A stretch of 63,483 nt of DNA, the filler included. It is 4 parts of 4 records of this genome, joined end to end, with 100 filler letters (N's around TTAATTAATTAA, not from the genome) between each part and the next. Parts side by side here need not be neighbours in the genome. Positions count along the whole stretch, not along the records: positions 58,320 to 63,483 come from DRR723986_69106; 3 more parts are not named here. One strand, given 5' to 3'. A model generated the notes under the pieces. It was not told where the DNA came from, searched no databases, and was given only the letters and a program-made list of their open reading frames with translations. The number at the start of each line of letters is the position of its first letter. The stretch's first letter is position 1. Shown in pieces: positions 58,976 to 63,483 of this stretch. The translations under genes and the position numbers were made by a program.

Positions 58976-59005
58976 TGTAACCCTTTGTAGTATTCGAGCG
59001 TCAGT
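58976..59005 (+). promoter_or_regulatory. ECF-sigma-like promoter
   Basis: TGTAAC-N17-CGTCAGT; same spacing as TGTAAC-N17-AATCAGT at 59731-59760. Confidence 0.5.
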
Positions 59006-59090
59006 ATATTCACTCCCAGGTAAGGATGGTGCCAGGGCCACAAATCACAATGCAGAAACTACAACACATCTTAGCATATGTGGGGATGCC

Positions 59091-59606
59091 ATGTGGACAA
59101 AACCCTCTTATTTGCTCAGAACAGTAGCACTCGCCATGCTAATCTGTTCGGCAAACCTGGCGGCGAACAACCTTGTGTCTTTAGACTACACGGCCGAAGC
59201 CACCAACATCGTTACGACCTTAAACGACCCAGCCAATGGTTTACCAGCTGACATTCAGATAGGTGATATAGCCATCGGAACCCTGCAGTACAATGCAGGC
59301 ACACGTGCACATATCACGCACGAATTCAGTGGCCATTTTTCCATGCGTCGGCACCCTTCGATTGGCATGTCATTTCAAACCGAATCGCACAATTTCATTG
59401 CCGGTCTGTACCGCAATCGTTTAAGTTCTCTTGGACTTTACGCCAAACTCAGCAAACAAAACTGTCTTGATGAAATTCACGACGGCCAGGTGCTGCAGTT
59501 TTGCACGTGGGGGCTGGATTTAACAAGCGACCTGCAACCTTTTGTAGAAAAATCAACGCGCGAACTTGTAAACCTTGACTTGTTCCTTGCAAGGCTTATC
59601 AGATAG
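59091..59606 (+). pseudogene. Truncated paralog of 59837-60757 (signal peptide + partial N-domain, no T9SS CTD)
   Basis: YTAEATN..LND....LP..IQIGD and NC.....DGQ...FC.W.LD match the neighbour; ORF stops before the domain end. Confidence 0.6.
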
Positions 59607-59730
59607 ACTCCGCCAATTCCGGAGCTCCGCCAAATCTGATTTTGCTGCATGTTCGCAGCTTGTGCCTTGATGCAGTGGATTGAGCCGATGGCGGCGAAAA
59701 AAAAATAAAAAAAAGAAACATCAATAAATT

Positions 59731-59760
59731 TGTAACAACTTTTAACGAAAAGGAATCAGT
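59731..59760 (+). promoter_or_regulatory. Second copy of the ECF-like promoter
   Basis: TGTAAC-N19-TCAGT preceded by an A-tract. Confidence 0.45.
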
Positions 59761-59836
59761 TAAACTAGGATGGATGTCTTGGCTGCAAACCACACTTGCA
59801 AATTCTACAACACATTAAACTAGCTGCAGGAAATCC

Positions 59837-60757
59837 ATGCACACAATAATTACTACCAGAGCTGCCTTATACACCCTTGCAATCATGGGCTTCATTGTCG
59901 GAAGTCCTGCACTACAGGCCGAGGACCGGGTGACGGTTAACTATACGGCCGTGATTACGAATGTTAACACATCCCTCAACGATGCAGCCATAGAGCTGCC
60001 GGAGGGGATTCAAATCGGTGATGAAGTATCGGGACGCTTAACATTTGATGCTGACGCCGATCCCTGCCTCGAAGATGCAAGCTATAAGAAATTCTCTTTG
60101 GGCCAGACAAGTGCGATGACGCTCTCAGTTGGTTCACATGAGTTTATAGGTGTAGATCAGAATCTTCAGACCAGTGGTGCGCTGATTGCCAGAATCGCTA
60201 AAAACAATTGTGCCACTCAGGAGCGGGATGGGCAATCTGCAGAATTCTGCGACTGGGATCTGGACTTCAGAAGCGCTCTACATAACTACCCTAAATTTGA
60301 GTCTAATATCAGCAAGACAATGTTTGACCTACATTTCCGCAGTGTTAACAATGACTATGACGGAGATGCTGAGAAGTTGCCACGTGAGTTTTTGCTGGAA
60401 GATTGGCCGGAGTCGTCTGTATCGATAAAAATTGACTACGACGATGGCAGCCACTACCTCCTTGAAGCCGATATCAAGAGCATTGCCGGAACTACAACAT
60501 CGCTTGGTGAAGGCAATGCATCGGAACAGGTCAAGGTATATCCCAACCCTGCTAACGATATTGTTTTACTACAGTTTGACGACTCCGCCCCAGTGCGCAT
60601 AACACTACGAGATGTACTTGGAGCCGTAGTCTTAGCCCGTTCAGTTAACGTAAGCCCCTATAGCATTGATCTAAGCACCCTCGCAACGGGTAGCTACTTC
60701 GTCACGCTCGAATCTCGGGATGGAGTTCTTGTTAAACCTCTCAGCATAGTGCGTTGA
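59837..60757 (+). CDS. T9SS cargo protein: unrecognised ~190-aa N-domain + type A CTD
   Basis: Signal peptide; VYPNPAND...GSYFV...VKPLSIVR. Confidence 0.88.
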   Translation: MHTIITTRAALYTLAIMGFIVGSPALQAEDRVTVNYTAVITNVNTSLNDAAIELPEGIQIGDEVSGRLTFDADADPCLEDASYKKFSLGQTSAMTLSVGSHEFIGVDQNLQTSGALIARIAKNNCATQERDGQSAEFCDWDLDFRSALHNYPKFESNISKTMFDLHFRSVNNDYDGDAEKLPREFLLEDWPESSVSIKIDYDDGSHYLLEADIKSIAGTTTSLGEGNASEQVKVYPNPANDIVLLQFDDSAPVRITLRDVLGAVVLARSVNVSPYSIDLSTLATGSYFVTLESRDGVLVKPLSIVR

Positions 60758-60822
60758 ATCCAATAGATTGCTGTTGCTGCAGCAGTCTATTTCACCGCCC
60801 GTCCTTTGCACGAAGGACGGGC
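60757..60822 (+). repeat. 66-nt 3' double-hairpin element, copy 1
   Basis: 52/66 identical, ungapped, to 63075-63140; two stems. Confidence 0.75.
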
Positions 60823-61048
60823 TAATTCAAGACCAACCGGGTGTGCGGCACCCCCATATAATCTCATAAGGCTGAGCGCCAGTTCACGCTGGTCGAGACG
60901 CACAGCTAAGCAAAGCAGAAACATACAGCTGAGCTGAATTATCTGCCTGGACAGTTGCCGCTCCTGTGGTTTTAGTCCGAAGGCAGTGTTAACCAAGCTC
61001 GTGTGCTTTTGCAATTCTATCGTGTGAACTTATTCCATAAGGAATGTT

Positions 61049-63061
61049 ATGCAGAAGGTACCCAGAATGTTTTACAGCCTGATAATTGCAGGGCTCTTAA
61101 GTTGTATGGCCGGCACTAGTACGCTGCTGGCAAAAGATTATGTTGCATTCAAATTTACAGCTGAGATTACGCATCTGCAAGGTGGTGATGGCGACATCAA
61201 TGTCAATCGCGATGTAGGTGATCAAATCACTGGCTTGTTGATGTACGATCCAAGAATAACCCCAGTGAATCCGGGTGACCCGATTAAGAACTTTAACCTG
61301 GCGGCTGAGGCAAAAAACAAATTTATACTGTTTGCCGGCGATGAAGAATTCCGTAGTCCGGCTACTGAAGAGGCTGGACTTAGAGCCAGATTACACTCCT
61401 CAGGCAAGTATGTGGAAGATGAAAACGGCAATCAAAAATTCGTCTGCAGGCAGTCAATGAGATTTGCTACGGGGTTTAACACAGTTTTAGCTAATGGCGA
61501 AGTTAGTGAAGAACAGTCCGCGCAAATGATTCTGAAGTTTCAGGGCGACGATTGTGCAAAAAGTTTTGATGCCAACCGTTTGCCAAAAGCGATTAATCTA
61601 AGTGATTGGTACTCATCGGAAATGATCGTTGAAGCGCTGCCAAGCGCCTCAGACTACTTCTTGATGAAGGCAAAAATCACTTCTATTAACTTGTCCTCTT
61701 CACAAGATGCACGAGTCACTGGAACTGTATATTCGGATTACAACGCCGATTGTACGGTAAATGGATTGGATGCCGGACTAAGCCGCCAAATTGTGAAGTT
61801 TACTCCTGGGCCATATCTGACTGCGACCAATGAAAACGGAGAATACAACATCACTTTGCCGGCTGGTGACTATCTGGCCGAAGTTGTAAAGCGTCCATAC
61901 TGGAGCCAGGCTTGCCCCGCAGGCCCGACAACCGTCAGTGTACTAAGCCCAGGCGACCATGCCGAAGCCGATTTTAGTTTGGAAGCCGAAGAACTGATTG
62001 AGGCTGCCTGTGTAAGTATTGTATCGACGCTGGCGCGCCCAGGTTTTGGGATCGAATATACCATCGTAGTGCATAATACAGGTACTTTACCCTATAACGG
62101 TACGATTCGTTTTGAACACGACGGTGTGTTAACAAGCTTTTCAAGTCACCCAGTGGCCGACGCCTACATTGCACCAGTGGCAGAGTGGGACATTGTTGAG
62201 CTACCGGTTGATGGAACCTTTGTCATTCGTGTCACACTACGGGTGCCGCCGGACGAAAAGCTGTTGGGTACGACCATCTGCGCCAATGTTTCCACAGTGG
62301 ATAGCCCCAAAACGGGCGACGAGATCCTGAGCGGCAAAGAAGATGCCATCTGTCAGGAAATCCGCGGTGCATTTGACCCCAACGATATTCAGGTGTTTAG
62401 CGGCACGGCGAATGCCGATGGCGCTATCTCACCAGACGACAAAGTGTTAACATATCTGATTCGTTTTCAAAACGAAGGCAACGAAGACGCAATCACGGTG
62501 CGCGTTGTAGATGCCTTAAGTGAGTTCCACAACGTCGAGAAGATCGAACTTGGGGCCTCAAGCCACGAGTTCAGCTTTGACTTCACCAATGACGGTGAAA
62601 TGGAGTGGACCTTCAACAACATCAATCTTGCGCCAAAAGAACGCGACGAAGTTGCCAGCCAGGGCTTTTTGAAGTTTAAGGTGCATCTGCAAGATGAACT
62701 GGCGATTGGTACAGAGATTCCAAACTCTGCAGCCATCTACTTTGACTTTAACAGTCCCGTGATTACCAACACAGTTGTCAGCCGCATTGTTAACACAACT
62801 ACTTCAGTCAGAGACGAGCGCTTTGAAGCCAGTGTTATTATTTATCCGAACCCAAGTGCCGAAAACGTGACGATTAACTTTGGTGAGATGACGTCCGCCG
62901 AGTTAACTGTGCGTAATGTAATGGGTGAGGCCGTGCTGACACAAAACATCAATGCGGCACGTTACAACTTGAAGTTGAGTGAACTATCGGCCGGCAGTTA
63001 CTACCTCTCGATTGTGTCGGAGCGTGGTACAGCTGTCAAACCGATTAATATCGTGCGCTAA
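61049..63061 (+). CDS. T9SS cargo protein: shared N-domain + SdrD-B-like + DUF11-like + IYFDFN (DUF7619-like) domain + type A CTD
   Basis: Signal peptide; GTVYSDYNADC, TNENGEY, ARPGF..Y.I.V.N.GT, AFDPNDI, YLIRFQNEG, IYFDFN, IYPNPS..VKPINIVR. Confidence 0.9.
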   Translation: MQKVPRMFYSLIIAGLLSCMAGTSTLLAKDYVAFKFTAEITHLQGGDGDINVNRDVGDQITGLLMYDPRITPVNPGDPIKNFNLAAEAKNKFILFAGDEEFRSPATEEAGLRARLHSSGKYVEDENGNQKFVCRQSMRFATGFNTVLANGEVSEEQSAQMILKFQGDDCAKSFDANRLPKAINLSDWYSSEMIVEALPSASDYFLMKAKITSINLSSSQDARVTGTVYSDYNADCTVNGLDAGLSRQIVKFTPGPYLTATNENGEYNITLPAGDYLAEVVKRPYWSQACPAGPTTVSVLSPGDHAEADFSLEAEELIEAACVSIVSTLARPGFGIEYTIVVHNTGTLPYNGTIRFEHDGVLTSFSSHPVADAYIAPVAEWDIVELPVDGTFVIRVTLRVPPDEKLLGTTICANVSTVDSPKTGDEILSGKEDAICQEIRGAFDPNDIQVFSGTANADGAISPDDKVLTYLIRFQNEGNEDAITVRVVDALSEFHNVEKIELGASSHEFSFDFTNDGEMEWTFNNINLAPKERDEVASQGFLKFKVHLQDELAIGTEIPNSAAIYFDFNSPVITNTVVSRIVNTTTSVRDERFEASVIIYPNPSAENVTINFGEMTSAELTVRNVMGEAVLTQNINAARYNLKLSELSAGSYYLSIVSERGTAVKPINIVR

Positions 63062-63074
63062 TTCCGCCTTGATA

Positions 63075-63143
63075 AATCCAATAGATTGCTGCTGCCACAG
63101 CATTCTATTTTGAGGCCTGCCTTTTGCACTAAGGGCAGGCCTC
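63075..63143 (+). repeat. 66-nt 3' double-hairpin element, copy 2 (second stem extends to 63143)
   Basis: AATAGATTGCTG/CAGCATTCTATT and GAGGCCTGCCTTT/AAGGGCAGGCCTC stems. Confidence 0.75.
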
Positions 63144-63483
63144 CCTGTTTTTGGGAATACAGATAAATGGTTGCGCGCAGCGCGCACATTCCTGGCGATG
63201 AGTTTGGATGACTCTGAATTCCAAGCTTCGGGTTGCTGCCTTGCGCGGTTTGTAGCCCAGCTGCCTGGGGCGGTCTGTAATGATTGAACCTGCAGACACT
63301 GAGACAAACAAAAAGAAACAGCAAGCCGGGAGTTTACAGCCAGAATGGCCGGCGAAGCGCTCTGTTACTGCCTTTAGAGAATCGCCCTGCCAAAAATGTG
63401 GGCTCAAAAGAATCGCGAAAACCGCCACAAAAAGCGCCGATCCCGAAAACAATTCTCACCTGCCTGAGACCCTTTTGCAAAAG

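Noticed and set aside
62984-63452. Short ORFs at the window end
   Set aside because: No motifs, mutually overlapping and crossing the 3' hairpin element; likely spurious

Overview
This window is not one locus. It is four contigs joined by three identical 100-nt artificial linkers (44 N + TTAATTAATTAA + 44 N) at 29185-29284, 34906-35005 and 58220-58319; taxonomic labels are inferred from gene content and style. Contig A (1-29184) looks like Bacteroidota/Cytophagales (Algoriphagus-like). It carries a nitrilase, a small SusC/SusD/GH144 (beta-1,2-glucan) utilisation locus, a heme-c beta-propeller protein, a Tat-exported ferritin-like pair, kdsC-kdsA, tandem L,D-transpeptidases and several short intergenic repeats. 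Contig B (29285-34905) looks alphaproteobacterial: tgt, a Rid protein, tRNA-Lys(UUU), a lytic transglycosylase, rlpA, a D,D-carboxypeptidase, tmk and the start of holB. Contig C (35006-58219) is AT-rich Flavobacteriales-like: a T9SS-secreted S8 protease, a SpoIIM/DUF4129/DUF4350/MoxR/DUF58 operon, sprE, an aminopeptidase P, prs-rplY-pth and murA. Contig D (58320-63483) is a tandem array of paralogous T9SS cargo genes. Best leads: (1) a 7TM-DISM membrane sensor ending in an IS1595-transposase-type zinc ribbon plus HTH with no DDE domain, directly upstream of susC, a possible domesticated-transposase one-component PUL regulator, with an inverted repeat in the susC leader; (2) the contig D array, with a shared unrecognised N-terminal domain, a duplicated ECF-like promoter/leader and a 66-nt 3' double hairpin showing compensatory base changes; (3) a subtilase with Glu at the catalytic Asp position. 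All family calls are by eye from motifs; no database search was run.
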